DNA of 55,528 nt, filler included, from Sluysia triapertura (Eukaryota), in NCBI GenBank assembly GCA_046118255.1. It is 4 parts of 4 records of this genome, joined end to end, with 100 filler letters (N's around TTAATTAATTAA, not from the genome) between each part and the next. Parts side by side here need not be neighbours in the genome. Positions count along the whole stretch, not along the records: positions 14,365 to 25,299 come from JBJNIA010191307.1; positions 25,400 to 38,599 come from JBJNIA010053331.1; 2 more parts are not named here. One strand, written 5' to 3'. A program made the translations under genes and the position numbers. The notes beneath the pieces are model-generated. The model did not search any database, was not told the origin of the DNA, and saw nothing but the letters and a program-made list of their open reading frames with translations. Numbering within the stretch: position 1 is the stretch's first letter; each line of letters opens with the position of its first letter. Below, one piece after another: positions 23,220 through 38,502 of the stretch.

Positions 23220-25299
23220 CAACACGTTTTCATATTAGGCGATTTCATGTCCCTCATATAACATGTGTGTTTTCCCATATGACGCGGCTACCTTTTGCAT
23301 ATTGTGTCAATTGTGTTGTTATGAAATTAAATTAGATTATTTTATTAAATTTGTAAAAACATTGATTAAACATATAAATGTGTATAAATGTGTACTGAAA
23401 GGTGTATAAATTTTATTTTTATAATTTTTATTTTAAATATATTTATTTCTCAGGAATGACAAATGAAAAGGAAACAAAACCTTTGATATTTTGGATCAAC
23501 TTAATAATGGTAAGAAAGTAATGGTAATAGCAAAGGATCTGGAGCTAAATGAGTCAACAATACGAACAATTAAACAAAATGAAAGTAAAATTAGGAGTTT
23601 CTAAAAAAATATTCCTATAAATAGTTGTTTAACAAAAGCAAAAGCCCAAAGAATTTTTAATCATTTAAAGGAATTGGAAACTGTTTCTTCCGACGAGCCA
23701 AAATCAAAATTTCTCAGTAGTAATGGCTGCTTTGAAAGGCTTCGAAAAGGTTTCATTATATTATATTCAAATTCAACCAGAGCGCGCTTCAGCTGATTAT
23801 GAAAATGCTCGGAAATTTAAAGAACTTCCGAAAATAATTGATGAAGGTGGATATACAGCTGAGCAAGTTTATAATTCTGACGAAACTGGCTTATATTGGA
23901 AGAAAATGCCTAAGCAAACATATTTATCGAAAAACGAGTTATCTGTTGGTGGGTTTAAGGCATCTAAGGAGAGAATAACCTTGTTTGTTTGTAGTAATGC
24001 ATCTGGCGACCATATAACAAAGCCACTGTAAATCAATCGTTCTTGAACCAACGAGCAATGAAAAGTATTGACAAGACTACACTTCCAATTTACTGGAGAA
24101 CAAATCAAAAAGCTTGGGTCACATCTGCTATATTTCACGATTGGTTTTACAACTGCCTTGTATCAGAGGTCAAAAATTACTCGAAAACTAAAAATATCAG
24201 TTTCAAGACTTTACTCCTAATAGGCAATGCTCCAAGACATCCAGTAAACCTAGTACATCCAAACATAAAATTGCTTTTTTTTACCACACAATACAACATC
24301 AGTTCTACAACAACTTGACCAGGTTTATATAAAAATACTTAAATCTTATTATATACGTAGAACACTTGAACATATATTGGAAAAATCTGAATGCAATCCA
24401 TATATGAAATTACCTGAGATGTTTATATCTGTTCAAGAATTAAAGTCTCCGACATTAAACGCCTGTTGGAAAAATATTTGGCCTGAAATCGTTTTTCAAG
24501 AAACTTTTTTAGATTCTACAAGTATAAATATTGAACCTATATTAAATATTGCTATATCAGTGAGTGCAGAAGTATTTGACGACATGAACGAAGGAGATAT
24601 TGTTAGACTTCATAAAATGGACTGACCGGGGATCGAATGCTATACCACTGAGCTATCAGCCCCGTCTAGCGATTTTATTTTATTATAGTCAATTTTACCA
24701 AATGTCACTTTAGGCCTTTTAGCCCAACAATATTTATGAATTAATAAATAACGCTGAAAATTTAGATGACGAAGAGCTTCTACAATTAGCTGATAAATGA
24801 CACAAATATTATAAATAGTGCTGAAGAAAGCTTAATGCATATTATTAACGAAAATTTATGTACAGAAAACCCGAATAAAATAGTAAAACTGGGTAAACAA
24901 TTGGAAATTCTTGTGACGCATTGTGATACTTCAATTGAATTTAAAATAAATTACACCATTTGTAAAAATGCAGATAAAACATAAAATAGAAAACGAAGAA
25001 TCATTAGTTAGTGAAAGAATAATTAAGACACACGAGGAAAAACATATGCTCTTAAGTTAAGAAAGTAACAAAAATTCAAATGATGAAATCTCTGAACATC
25101 TATTAAAAAAGATGGTGGAACGTTGCTTCAGATAGCTCCGACAGCAGATAAACATGTACTAAAACTGTTTTTGGAATTATGTAATTTATTTGTTTAGTTA
25201 CATATGTATTAGTTTTTTATTGAAAATGTTCTTAGTTTGATTTTAATAAAACGCACATATTTCGTTCATAACATAGTTTTTCCTTAATATTCGATTTAA
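23220..25299 (+). mobile_element. Tigger/pogo-like DNA transposon relic (CENP-B-type transposase pseudogene about 23456-24800); outer bounds approximate
   Basis: IAKDLELNESTIRTI (HTH psq), IIDEGGY..EQVYN.DETGLYWKKMP, GFKASKERIT, NASGD..KPL, KAWVT..IF.DWF, LLL.GNAP.HP, LNACWK.IWPE; multiple stops and frameshifts. Confidence 0.92.
24601..24729 (-). mobile_element. Mini LTR-like tRNA-derived element (copy 2) inserted in the Tigger ORF
   Basis: TGTT...AACA, ATAT TSD; removing it plus one TSD restores NEGDI-YELINNAENLDDEELLQLA. Confidence 0.88.
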
Positions 25300-28200
25300 N
25301 NNNNNNNNNNNNNNNNNNNNNNNNNNNNNNNNNNNNNNNNNNNTTAATTAATTAANNNNNNNNNNNNNNNNNNNNNNNNNNNNNNNNNNNNNNNNNNNNG
25401 AGCCTGGTTTTGTCTTTTATACTCTTACTTTAACTTTACCAATTTCTAACCCAACAATAAAACAAATTCGGAATCTCGATATATTCTTTAATAAAATCAG
25501 AATTATACAATGAAAATTCTTTTATAATAATACACCTCTATTATACAAATAAAATACATTATTCTTTAATAAGAAAACATCTTTTATTATTACCTTCAAA
25601 ATTATAAATCTTTTAATATTAAAAAACTGCAGCCAGGGTTGACGCCCGCATTAATTAAAATATAATGGATATTTTAATTAAGCCTATTTTTAATCGGTTG
25701 TTAAATTTCACTCCTCTACAAATCAATCGAGGCATTGTCCCTAAAGCTAAAAAGTTTGCAATTTCGTTACTGTCTTTCTCTACTCTTGTCTCATTGTTTG
25801 TTTCTTATTTTCTACAAAAATATGACTACTTTACCATCATTTGGGAAATGTAAATTGGAAATTGGACAAGACAGAAATTAAAACACTTCATTCTTTTTAA
25901 GCCGACCAATTTTACTGATTAAATTTCGACGGCAATTTCCGTCTCTGCCCGATTTCATTATCTTTTTAATTATCTACAGATAATAGGACTTGTGGTAAAC
26001 AATCCCTAATCTTTTCAACATCATTAAATTAAAATTTAATATCATTATTGTTGGTGTTTTATTTTATATATAACTACAAAAACAATTATAACAATTTATA
26101 TTTCGGGTCCGCCTGTAATTTGCGATGTATTTGGTGAAGAAGACAAAATTACAGATTTTACTTACAGGAATAATTCCACGAAAAGTTCTATTAAGTTCTT
26201 TTTTTGCAATTAGTCAATGAGGGTCTTTTTATTTTCTTCAAATTGATTCCTTGAAATTATTAGTTTTGTTACTTTAATTTTCAGTTAATTGCTTATTAAT
26301 ATCTTGCTACTTAACTATCTAATCTGAACTTTAATGAATTTAGATATTTGTTCTTAATATTATTCTTAATTTTCTTTAATTGTAGTTTACAAATCTTTTA
26401 TTCATTTCTATCAATCGAATAATAAAACAACTAAGTAACGACACTTTATTACAACACAGAAAGACGTAAATAACGAAATAAATGAATGTGTACTAATTTA
26501 CCAAAATCAGGGAGTTTATACGTTAAATCACAATAACATATAAATAAATAAAAATAAAGGAATAACTCCTGAATTTCTTTGTAGTTTAATTGAAATTAAA
26601 TTAAACCAGGTGAATACTTGGTTTTTTAAAATTATTATGATATATTGCGTAATATATTAACGCTAAGATTATCAAAGCTTTTCCTTAATATTTATTAACT
26701 TACGTGTACAATATTCAAAATCCGAGAAAATAGTTTGATGATATAATCGTATAAATTGCCGAGTTATCTCCACCAGATTGTCAGGACGTATTCAAAGAAA
26801 GCTGACTATGTAACAATATATAAATGACCAAATCGAATTGAAAATAAAATTAATGGTATAATAAATTTATTTTTCTATGGGGATATTTTGTATAGTACAT
26901 TGCACGCCAAGTTTAATAAATATTTCAATTTAAAATATATTTTAATTATACTTAAACATCGGAACATATTTAACTTTAATTTTAAATTATAAAAACTAAT
27001 TAAAATAACTCATTTTTACCTTATCTACGTCGATGTGCTTCGTAATACTTCATGATTAAAAATACTAATAAAACTCATAATTATACACTAAATATGATAC
27101 TATTGTATCACCAAATTATTAAATTAAACAAATATTATTTAATGACATATGCATTTTGATTTTTACTATATGATTTAATTGTTCTTCTAAAGATTAAAAT
27201 TATTGTTCATAAAGTTTTGATATTAATGCATGCAATATTTCTTTTTGTTTATATTGTACCAATTTTGAATTTTAATTTACAGCATTCATGTAAATTGTTT
27301 AAGCTAAATATTATAATAAAATTAATCAGGAATTGCTTGTGTAAAGGAAAATACAACAAGTAGAATAAAGTGTAAAGATAATTTATTAATTTTATATATA
27401 ATTATAATTTTTGTAAATAATTAAAAATATATTAATTTAATAGTATTAATAAATGTATATAATTTGTTTATTTTAATAAAAGTTTTTAATTTATTACTTC
27501 AAATATATTTGTATTTTATTGTTAATCAGAAATAATTAATTATTATTTAAAGACGGTCAGACCAATAAAACCAACAAATAAACAGAAATTATCGCTTTTT
27601 TATAGTATTAGAATAATAACTTTTTTATAAAAATAAAATTCTCACTAAACGGAACATATTGTAATAAATAAATAAATGAACATGTATAAATAAAAATTTA
27701 TCTTAAAACACTCGCAACTTAAAAGAGTCTCAACGAGTTCTTATACATTATTTTTTATCAATTTCTGCATCGGTTAATTTTGGAGAAAATATCAAAATAT
27801 TTTTGAGAAATAACGACAAATTTGCTACAATTTAATTCTAAACAAATTCATCCGTCAAACCGTCAGTTTCTACAGATTGACAAAATTAATTTAACCACAA
27901 CGCATACAATAAGATCCTTCATACAACAAATTAATTATTCTTTTGGATTATTGTACATGTAAGTTGATAATTTGTAGGTTTTGCGCTTTAACAAATTTAG
28001 CGTCAAACTATTACTTAAACTATCGAAATTTTAAAAACCAAGTATTAGTTTAAATAATTAAATTAAAATTCAAATAAAGAAAATTAGCAATTTTCTCTAT
28101 TTTTAATTATTTATTTGATATATTATAATTATAAACTTTTGCCTTATAACTATTTATGTGCTACATTTCTTTAATAATGTTTTGTATATAATAAAGTTTT

Positions 28201-30539
28201 GTGTTATATTTCTTTAATTTTTGACAGTTTAAAACTTGAAACGATAAATTTAGTCTATCAGATTTAAAAGATATTTTTCAAAGTAAATTTAAAGAACAAA
28301 GATAACTTGATAACCTTTAAGATAATATAGAAACCTTTAAGTTATATAGAAAAACATAGTTAAAAGATTACTGCATTATCAATCGCCTAAAAAGACTAGA
28401 ATACAGGGTTGACTATTTAACAAAAATATCCTTGATAAAATTCTTTGCCACGTCAGTGTAGGTAAGCTTTACTTATTACAGAGAAAACTTTTAGAAGTCA
28501 GTTCTGTAGTTGCGTCTTCTTCAAGACATAAACCACAATATACAGACGAACCCGGTGACAATAATATTTACGGCTACGACTACTTAATTTTTATTCATAG
28601 ACGATCCCGAAATTGAAGAAGTTAGTACTATAAAAGTGGATTTTAAAACTCGTAAGAATACATTACTAAAAGAATAAAATTTATATTTGATGATCCTACT
28701 ATTTTAGTTGCCTATTCTTAACTTACTTTCTGGTACTTATACAGAATTTTCTTCTAAATGATACATCATTTATTTCAAATTTGAATTAGTCCACCAATAG
28801 AATATAATTATAATTAAGTTAAAGTAACATGTTCATCATCTTTGCAAAAAGAAATGCTTTCCACAGAAATATGTAAAACTTTATTATCAAAACCAAGTCA
28901 GCATCAAATTAATCGTATTCATCAAAATTCCATTTTATTTAAAAATGAAATTCGTATTATATTTTAGCAGACTATTATGCTAATATATCTTTAGCAGTTA
29001 CGGATTTATTTAGGCATTACCGAAAGAACATCTTAATATGAACAGTAATTGAAAAATTTTATTATTTGATGAAATTAAATCATATCAACTTGATAAGAAT
29101 TTGAAATCTTACGAAGGTACTTTTGCCGATCTAGATAAATGGTTACAGGAAGGAAATCGAATCGATGACAATGTTCGCGATAAATTATATAATGTATTCA
29201 AATGATTCGAATGATATTGCAAAGATTAGTGAAGAGCAGGAAGGAAATCAAGTCGATGACAATATTCGTGACGAACTGGTTAACGCGATATTCATAAGAA
29301 TTAATGCTTTTTCTTTTTACTGTTAATAACAACCTTTATATTTATTGTTTTCACAATTTGAGTATCCAAACGAACCATAGCTTCATTATTATTGTTGTTG
29401 AACTTAATACCACACCAATGTTATTAATTAATTTAATAAATAATAGTTAATATATCAAAATGTATTTGGTGTATGATCTTAACATGTTTTATAATAATTA
29501 ATGATGAAATAAGACAATCCAAGGAATTAATATTAAAACTAAATTATATTTTAATCTTTAGTGTGCGAATGTTATACATATGTATATCTAACATTTAAAT
29601 TAATGGTAAAATAGACACATGTTATATAAAATTTTTTATTAATCACTATAGTAATATTTTTCATGAATAAAAAATCGTAGGATTGTTCATAAAAATGGTT
29701 TAAGTAGGCGCACAATTTTAATATTAACTGGAATTTTATGAATAAAAATGAAATTAAACGTCATTGATTTTAGTAGAAGAAAGATGGCACCTAGAGCACT
29801 TACTGAAGGTGATTATTGACATGTTAACTTCTACAGAGATTGCCTTAAGAAAATGAAGCTAATGCCATTTATCATTATATCGAAATCAAGATCAACGTTA
29901 TTAATTAAAAAAATCCTGAAACTGGCTCATAAACTTTATTAAATATTATTTTGCCTAAATGGTTCATCCAACTCGAAACAACAATAAAAAACAATTTACA
30001 GCATTTAATAATTAATGAATTGAAACAAAAAATTAAAATTATAAAAATTTAAAACAGCTCCCAATATGTATCTTCTCCACCAAAATTAGGAGGTATGTTA
30101 TCTAATAAAATATCACTCGTAACAAATAGTTCGAAGAAAGGATCAGTAACGATTTCAATCAAAACATTCTTACTTCTTAGGAAGAATTTCAAATGTACAA
30201 AAATGCCTTTATAAATCGCAACAAGTTCATATTATATCTATTTCAAAATTCACAAAACATTCAATTACTTGTCCAAATTGATAATCACAATCCATTATTT
30301 ATTTTTCGCCACTTATTATTATACCAGATGTGTCACTGAATGAAATAGTTTTTAAAATGGGAGTATTAAGCAAAGAATATTGAAATTAGTTTTTAAAAAA
30401 TTACCAAATTTGAATAATAGATAACTCCACTTTTTCCATAATCCATTAAAACAACAAATGATCCACTACCCATCTTGGACAATGAGTACCAAAATGTTTC
30501 TAATAAATGATATCTTTCCATTAGAATATTGACCTAATA

Positions 30540-30800
30540 ACATTACAATTGGTGTTGTTGAGTTCGTTAAAGTACTGCCGCAAGAATAATGAGTATATTT
30601 TTTCAGTAGGATTGTCGTTTTCGAATAATTCAAAGGGTAATCTTGTATTGGTTCCTAAAACCATTTGAGCAGGAGAATATCCAATTGAAAAATGAGTAAG
30701 AGTTTTATTGTGACAAACGATTAGGAGTTTGTAGTAAGTAAGAAAATCTGATCCTATTATCGGTTGCTGTACTGCGGTGATTAGTAGCGATTGAAATTCA
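30540..30800 (-). pseudogene. Deleted Gypsy pol relic (protease tail fused to integrase C-terminus)
   Basis: QPIIGSDFLTYYKLLI (aspartic protease C-terminus) joined to GYSPAQMVLGTNTRLPFELFE, nearly the same peptide as encoded at 9720-9845. Confidence 0.75.
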
Positions 30801-31161
30801 TGAAATCGATGTGTTTTATCACTAGACAATTTTTTCAATCTTCAACAAATTTTGTGATGTTTTTTCCATTGAGTTTTGGTTTATTAGTTTTGAAAAGGCT
30901 CATTAGAAAATTTTTTAGATCGAAAGTTAAGTTTGTTATTCATACAAAAAAACTGGAAACTGTATTGAACATATTTAATAAAACATTATAAAATAGTTTT
31001 CGTAATTAAGAAAAATAAAACAATAAAATCAACAATAATAATAATATTAATAAATTTTAATGATGAGATATTTAAAAAATTTACAATTTAATAAAATTTT
31101 ATTTTTAATAACTAATTTGTGTTTGAGATATATTCATTGGATGTAAATTATGAGTTCCTAT

Positions 31162-32374
31162 TGTAAAGGTATTTTTAGATAAAATTGATTAGTATTTTAT
31201 TAAATTTAGTAGTATTTGAAATTATCATAAATATATAAATATTAAATATATATAAAAATTATTATAGTTATAAATAAAATCATTATATTAAAATAAATAT
31301 TTAAAATTATTAAAAATTTATTATTATTATTATTATTAAAACATTTAAAATTATTAAATTATTAAAAAATTTATTATTATTATTATTGAAGCATTTAAAA
31401 TTATTTATTGTATGTTACTATAACAACCAATTGTTGGTAAACTTAGAAATGATATATAAACTACAAATTGTTTTCACGTTATTTATGCATTGCTTTCACA
31501 TTGTCGTAATTTTATTGAAGAAGATTTTTATTCATCAAAAAATTATAAACTATCAAGAAGATAATTGAAATTATTTTGAAGAAATTATAAACTCTCCAGA
31601 AGATAAAAAACTAATTCATTGTTATAGCAATCGTTAGTGCATTACTATTTCTAAGTTAAAGAATTTATATCTATAAAATACACTTAAAGTATCTTGTTCA
31701 TAATTCTGTGTAATTTCATATACAATATAAGTTAAAGTTTTTTAAACTCCAAATTAGTAAATATTAATTATAAATTAATATTTTCAACATTTTATATATT
31801 AAGTTATATGTAAATTTATTAATTAAATCAGTAATTACATACTTACTTTAGCCTTTATTTGTATAACATTTTTATACCCATCGGGTTATTATTTTAATTT
31901 ATTTTAAACCTTTTTGTATAGTTGTCGAATTGATCATTTTATTTATAAATATTTTGTACTTATTAAGTTATTACTGCATACAATTTATTTAAATAAACTT
32001 TTGGTGTTATTAATTTATTATTAATAACTAATACTTGTTAATAAATAATTTTTGGAAAAAGATACGTTTTCCTTAATATTAAAGAGAGTAAAATTTAAAC
32101 AAATAAATTAAGGTCGTATAACTATCGCATAAGTTAATCATAGAGTTGTTTGTTAGAATTGTATTGTATCTGATAAGTTACTTAATAAGTTATTTCATTA
32201 GCATTTCGACTTAATATTTTATAAGGATCAAAGATATTATAAGCAAGGAACCTCTTTCTTTAAAGCTGCAAAAAATCTATATACTGGCCCTTAAGTGAAT
32301 AAGTCTAGTATCATAGAGGACTCACGTTAAGATAAGTCTTAACTTAATTTAATTACTTGACAAAAATTCCCACA
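31162..32374 (+). mobile_element. Solo LTR, family 3
   Basis: TGTAAAGG...TTCCCACA, flanks CTAT/ATAT. Confidence 0.8.
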
Positions 32375-32414
32375 ATATTTTTAATAATAATATTTACTTG
32401 TTTTTAATATTTTA

Positions 32415-32460
<46 letters not shown>

Positions 32461-32899
32461 TTATTTAATAATAATTTCAATATAATAATTTTATTTTATA
32501 ATAATAATTTCTATTTAATAATTTTTTATTAAAAATTTATTTAGTTTTATAATAAAATACAATACTTTACAATTTTTATTTTTACAATATTTTAAATTTT
32601 TTTATTTTTTACCTTTACATTGATATTACATTTTTTTAAGTATATAATTAAACTAATATTATTAATTTTTCTGTTTATATTAATAAATAGATCATAACGT
32701 TCTTTGTGTCTTTTTTAGAACTTGTATATTAGTAAACATTTAAACATTTTGATAATTTTTTGGAATATAAAATAATACTTGAAATTAATATTCTGCATCC
32801 TTCGAATCATAATAATACTCCATTTATTCTTTAAATTATAAAAGATTAAGAAAACTCTATTGCTGTATCTAGATTTTAGAAATACGTAGAATTAAGAAT

Positions 32900-33056
32900 A
32901 AATATAAACATATACCTCCAATCTTATTTTTCTTAAGCTGCAAATCTATATGCTGGTCCTTCAATAAGTAAGTCCAGTATCATAGAGAACTTAGGATAAG
33001 AATAAGGCATCAAATTTAAATCAACTATCTATCTTTAATTATCCTGAATCTCCACA
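32900..33056 (+). mobile_element. Family 3-like LTR 3' end
   Basis: AAGCTGCAAATCTATATGCTGGTCC..TAAGTCCAGTATCATAGAG..CTCCACA. Confidence 0.6.
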
Positions 33057-34451
33057 ATATTGTTAAATGAAAAGAAATGAATTTGGTATTGTATAATAAT
33101 TTTGACAATAACAAAGTTGTATGTTATGATGTAGGCCACAATAATTTTTATTCCTCCAATGAGAATATCAGCGTGAGTACAATAACACAACATAATAATT
33201 AATTATATAATAAAATATTTTACTAATAATAATAATTATTATTATTTCATTTTCCTTTTTATTTATCTTTAATTATGCAGAAATTTCTAAGAAGGAAATT
33301 TAAAATCATTGAAAAGTAAGAAGTTTTTTATGCTTTGACTATGTACCTTTACACCTAATTGGTTTGGATAATTCAAATGAATTTTTTTGCTGTTAAATTT
33401 TTTTCATTTTATTATTATACACTATTAATAATAATAAAACATTATTATTTTTTCACATTGTATAAATTTATAACATCGTTTACATTAATGAACATTTGTA
33501 TAAAAATTAAAATATTAAAAAAAACTTTTATTGGATTTGCCAATATTTATAAAATTAAGTGGCATAAAACTTTAGAAAACTGTTTAATTTTGATTTAAAA
33601 CATATTTATATTGTTTTAAACATTTTATATTCCATAAACAAAATTCAAGCTTCAATTAATGCTTTTTTATGAATGTATGATTTATGTGCCAATGTTAGTG
33701 AAACAAATGTCCTATAATAGGAACATTTAATTTAATTTACACGATTTAAATTTCCAACCTAATATAGTATACCAGTTTAAATACAAGTTTGATTTATTAA
33801 TTCATTTGCCATAACAAAATAATTTATTAAATAATGAAACAGAAAATGACTCATTATTATGTTGCTAGTTTCAAATCTGATATAATAATTTAAACTTTTG
33901 TAATGCGAAAAAATTTTAACAACACTTATATAAATTTGCAGTGAATACTGTTTTGTTTTATTGACTTAAAAGAAACATTATAAGAAGAAAATAATTTTGG
34001 AATACAAATTAATATAGATGTCTCATTGATAACAAAAATGTAACAACACTTTCTAGAATGAAATTAAACATAAGTTTGTTAATTACTGTAAAGAGTCTAA
34101 AGTTTACGATAATTATCAAATTAGCTTCATAAAAGTAATTTCAGAAAAGTTTGAGTTTAATTGATTTAGATTATTATTCAATTATTTCATTTTGTATATT
34201 GGTTTTTTACTTAGCTTTATTTAATTTCGAAATCAAATTTCTTACATTGACTTTTTATTTTATTTGAAACAAATAAAATTAGCAAATTCTATAAAATAAG
34301 CAGGAAAGGAGGAATATAAAAAGAATGTACTATTAAGTAGTCCCATTTATAAATATCTTTGAAAATAAAAAGTATTTTAAATAAAATCATAATAATATTT
34401 TATAAAAATGGATAATAAATTAATTAATATTATTATATCCAATAATAATAG

Positions 34452-34540
34452 TGTGAAAATTTGCTGCTTTTTGCTTATACATCTTACGTGAGTCCTCTAT
34501 GACACTGGGCCTACGCAGTCAAGGGTCAATAAATATCGAA
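34452..34540 (-). mobile_element. Family 3-like LTR 3' end (full extent unknown)
   Basis: GTGAGTCCTCTATGACACTGG..AAGGGTCAATA near-identical to 17742-17785. Confidence 0.55.
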
Positions 34541-35780
34541 ATAAATATTGAGAGAAATAAATATCGAAAATTTCAGGTCAATAATTTTTGAATATAATTG
34601 ATGTGTTATTTTGATCAAAAGGACCATTGTAAAACAGATTTTAATGTGAATAATTTAAACTTTGTCGAATTTTTCTTTAAGTTTATAATTTTGAAAAAAT
34701 TAATGAGTAGCGTAACGGTTGTCTTAAAATTAGTAAACCCACTAAAAACAATGTTTAACTATTAACATATTTTTATAATAAATAAATAATGAAGTATAAA
34801 TTGAACTTAAACAAAAATTATGAAGGTAAATATTAAACAAAATATACAAATTGAATTCCAATAACAAAATAATGAAAATAGAATTTTTATGGCAAGTAAT
34901 AAATGTGGTTTATTATACAACTAATATCGCTTTAAACAAAGTTATAATATAAATACGAACTTTATGAATATTATTAAACAATATTCGACAAATTTAATTT
35001 GTTTGCAAAATTAAATTTCTTGCTCAATCGTTTTATTTTGATTTTATTATTTTCTTAAAATGAACAATTTAATGTACTAACGATTAATTTAAAATTTCTT
35101 TGACTGCTTGTAACGTCTTTCAAAATATTTCTTGTAAATTAAACACTTTATCGCCTTGTAATATTTTTTGTGAATACTGGAACTACACTTGAATGAATTA
35201 AACAAAATAATGAAAAAATTTATAAACAGAGAATCGTATTGAATTATTTTATTGTTTCTTTGCTATTTATACTATTTTTGTTGTTTGTGACACAAATAGT
35301 TATGCATACGTTATTTCTCTTAGTTATTATCCAATAAATATTGTTTTAATATATTAATAAAATAATAATAATAATTTCGGTTTTATAATTTAGTTTTTTA
35401 GTATTTTAATTATTATATTTTTTTAATTTTTTACTATTACATTTTTACATTAACATTTTTACACATGACAATATTTTGTGAAAAATTTAAGAAAGTTAAA
35501 TATGTAATTAAAATTTGCTTCAATTTATTAAAATCTTTTATCGTGTATTTTATTATTTGACTTTAAAATTTTTTTACTAATTAATATAAACTAACGTTAA
35601 TAGAAATTTTCTCCTTAGCAAACAAAATGAAACACGAATCTTAGAACAATTATGTGATATAATAAAGAATTTGTAGATGATTATATCAATATGGTTATCT
35701 TCAAATAAGGACACCAAAAATATATATAATTTAAACTTGAACAAAATAACTTGTAAATAAAACTGAATAGTTTATTAGTT

Positions 35781-36675
35781 TGTTAGGTTGCCATCACAAC
35801 CCTACAAAATAGTTTTATGACGACATAATAACGCCTTAAAATTATTTAAAACTATTTAAAATTACGAAAAAATTATTTAAAACCATAAAAGATATTCTAT
35901 AATTAATTAAAATTAATTAAAACAATTATTTTCCTAAAAGAAATTTTATTTACCTAAAAAGAAAATTGGCTTCTATAAATAGCATAGAAGCTTCTAGAAT
36001 GTTTTAGAACATCCCATCGATTTTCATTGGATGATGGCTAGTATATAAATGAGCATCAATACAATGAAAATCGCCATTCGAAAAAATTGCTATTTTCAAG
36101 TCAGCCATTTTAAAAATCTGTGTTAAGTCACCATTTTAACAAATTCTGTTAAGATTCAGACCATACCAATCGCGGCAGCATTATTATCGGATTTTCAACA
36201 AATTTCTTCCATGATTCAAATAATTTGTTTTTATTACGATTGATATTAATTTCATTTAAGGAAATTAATATCCTAAAATCAACTGAAAATCAATTTCTAA
36301 TAATTTTATTTTTAAGGTTCCCCGACATATTAAGGGGTAAAATACACTGTAAATTAATAATTAAAGTTAATAAATACTCTTAGGAGTTTTAATATTCAAA
36401 TCACAAAATTTGTCTTTAGTCTTGATTTTTTTATTTCTTATTATATATTTTAACTTAGCCATTTAATTTATATAATTTTTTAAATAAAATTTTGTAGTTG
36501 TTTGAAAATTCATTTAGAATTTGTTGACCCTCTAACTATAAGATTAAAGGTTCAATTTATTTTGTTTCGTTTAACTTATTTTGTTGCAGAGGTAAGATGC
36601 TTACTGCAACTGAACCCTGCTCGATTTTTTATTTTGACGTAGGTTTCGACTTAAATTTTAATAAAAACCACAGCA
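35781..36675 (+). mobile_element. Solo LTR, family 1
   Basis: TGTTAGGTTGCCATCACAACC...AAAAACCACAGCA; no clear TSD. Confidence 0.82.
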
Positions 36676-38502
36676 TCTTAAAAATGAAAAATTGAATACA
36701 GTGAAAAATTGATTATGAACAGTTTTTATTTGAAAGGCATAATCAGTACGAATATTCTGAATAACTTGAAACCAAAGGCGATAAACTTAAAAATGAAATT
36801 GTAGAAGGTTTTGAAGCTTATCAATACTCAGAAAAGCTTGAAAATATATTTTCAAATTAATCTTCAGACAAAAAAAGTATGGGAAATTTGTTATTCAAAG
36901 AGAAAGTACTGAGGCAATAGAAAATTTAAAAAATGAAAATTATTGTAATAAATAAAAATTATGAATTGTTTTAAATACTTTTTGTGGGTTTTCATATTAT
37001 TGTTTTAGCATAAATGTAAGTAATAAGTGATACGATGATGTTCATATTGATTATACTCAAAAAAATATAATTGGAATTTTCATTTTTTTAATTCAATCAT
37101 GTGTTATGATAATTTGTTTCACATTCACCTTCTTAATACAGAATTAGACGTTTATCGAGAATATTATTGTTTAAACCGCTTCTTTTTGTGCACCATTCAA
37201 ATTTGACTTTAAACTATAAATAACATTGCACATACAAAAATTAATTTTAATTTTATTCTTGTTTGCATTGATAATCATTAATACCATTTGAAATATTTAA
37301 CTATTTGTTTAATTTTAATAGTAGTAGTCTTGATTTTTCAAAATTTGAGTAGAATATGGTAATGAATACTTTCTGATACTTAAAATTAACTCGTTCATCA
37401 AATTTAAAGCATTGTTACATAGATAAATATGACATTTGAAAAAAATCAAGTATTAAATTTAAATTTTGTCTTAGATTAATGTTTCTAGATAAATTGAAAC
37501 AAAATAAGCAATTTATTGTCGCAGGCACACACGGAAGAGTTATATTTTATTATATTTTACAATTTACACATTTACAATTTTGCATTTAAGAAGAAAAAAC
37601 CAATTGAAAAAACTCAAATTATAAAAAACAGAAAAATATAGAAAAAATAAAATAATCTATAAAAAGAATAATAATAATAGTAATAAAAAATAAAAATACA
37701 AACATGAACTATTTTAGAAAATTTTAAAAGAAAATCAAAAGAAAATTATCTTTAGAAATGTATTAATTTTAAAATCTTTTATTAACTCTACTCTAACTTC
37801 ATCCAAATTTGTTTCCGTCGCCTTTTGACAACAACGATAGTTAAAGGATTAAGAGAATTTTATTTTATTTTTTAAGTATTATATCATTTTATACATTTTC
37901 ATTTTATTAATTTCTAAAATAATTTCGATTCTAATAATTTATTATTAAAATTGTAACTGTTGAAAATATCTTTAAAATAAATTAAATTGGTTTACTATTG
38001 ATTTATGATAAATTCACATTCAAAATGATGAATTGATATAAATTATTTGAGACTTATCTTAATAAAGTAGAAAAGTACAAAAATAAAGAATTTCAATCTT
38101 TTAAAAAGACATTTATTTGATTTATTTCATTATTTATATTTGTAAATTGAAATTATTCATAATTTTATCGATTTGTTATTATAATTTTATAAACTATAAA
38201 AATCAACTTTACTTCAAATTTAAGTTCACCGTGTATTTGTTAAAAATTAAGAAATGCAATATATGCGATATCAATTTTCTATCAAATTTTAAATTTTATC
38301 TAATATTTCTTTAAGAACATTTAATTTTTCAGCATAAACTTTCAGTTTAATATTAGAATTATTTTTACAGAACCCATAAAATTGGTTAACAAAACTTACA
38401 TCTTCGTGGTTTCTACAATTTACAATCTTTACTAAATATTTTAATAAAACTTTTGTTATAATATTGTTAAATAAAATTTATGCGGTTTTATCTACTAAGT
38501 TT

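Noticed and set aside
17691-32374. 1.2-kb inverted repeats as TIRs of a giant (Polinton/DIRS-like) element
   Set aside because: Each copy has its own TG...CA ends and near-TSD; no polymerase, capsid or tyrosine recombinase between them.
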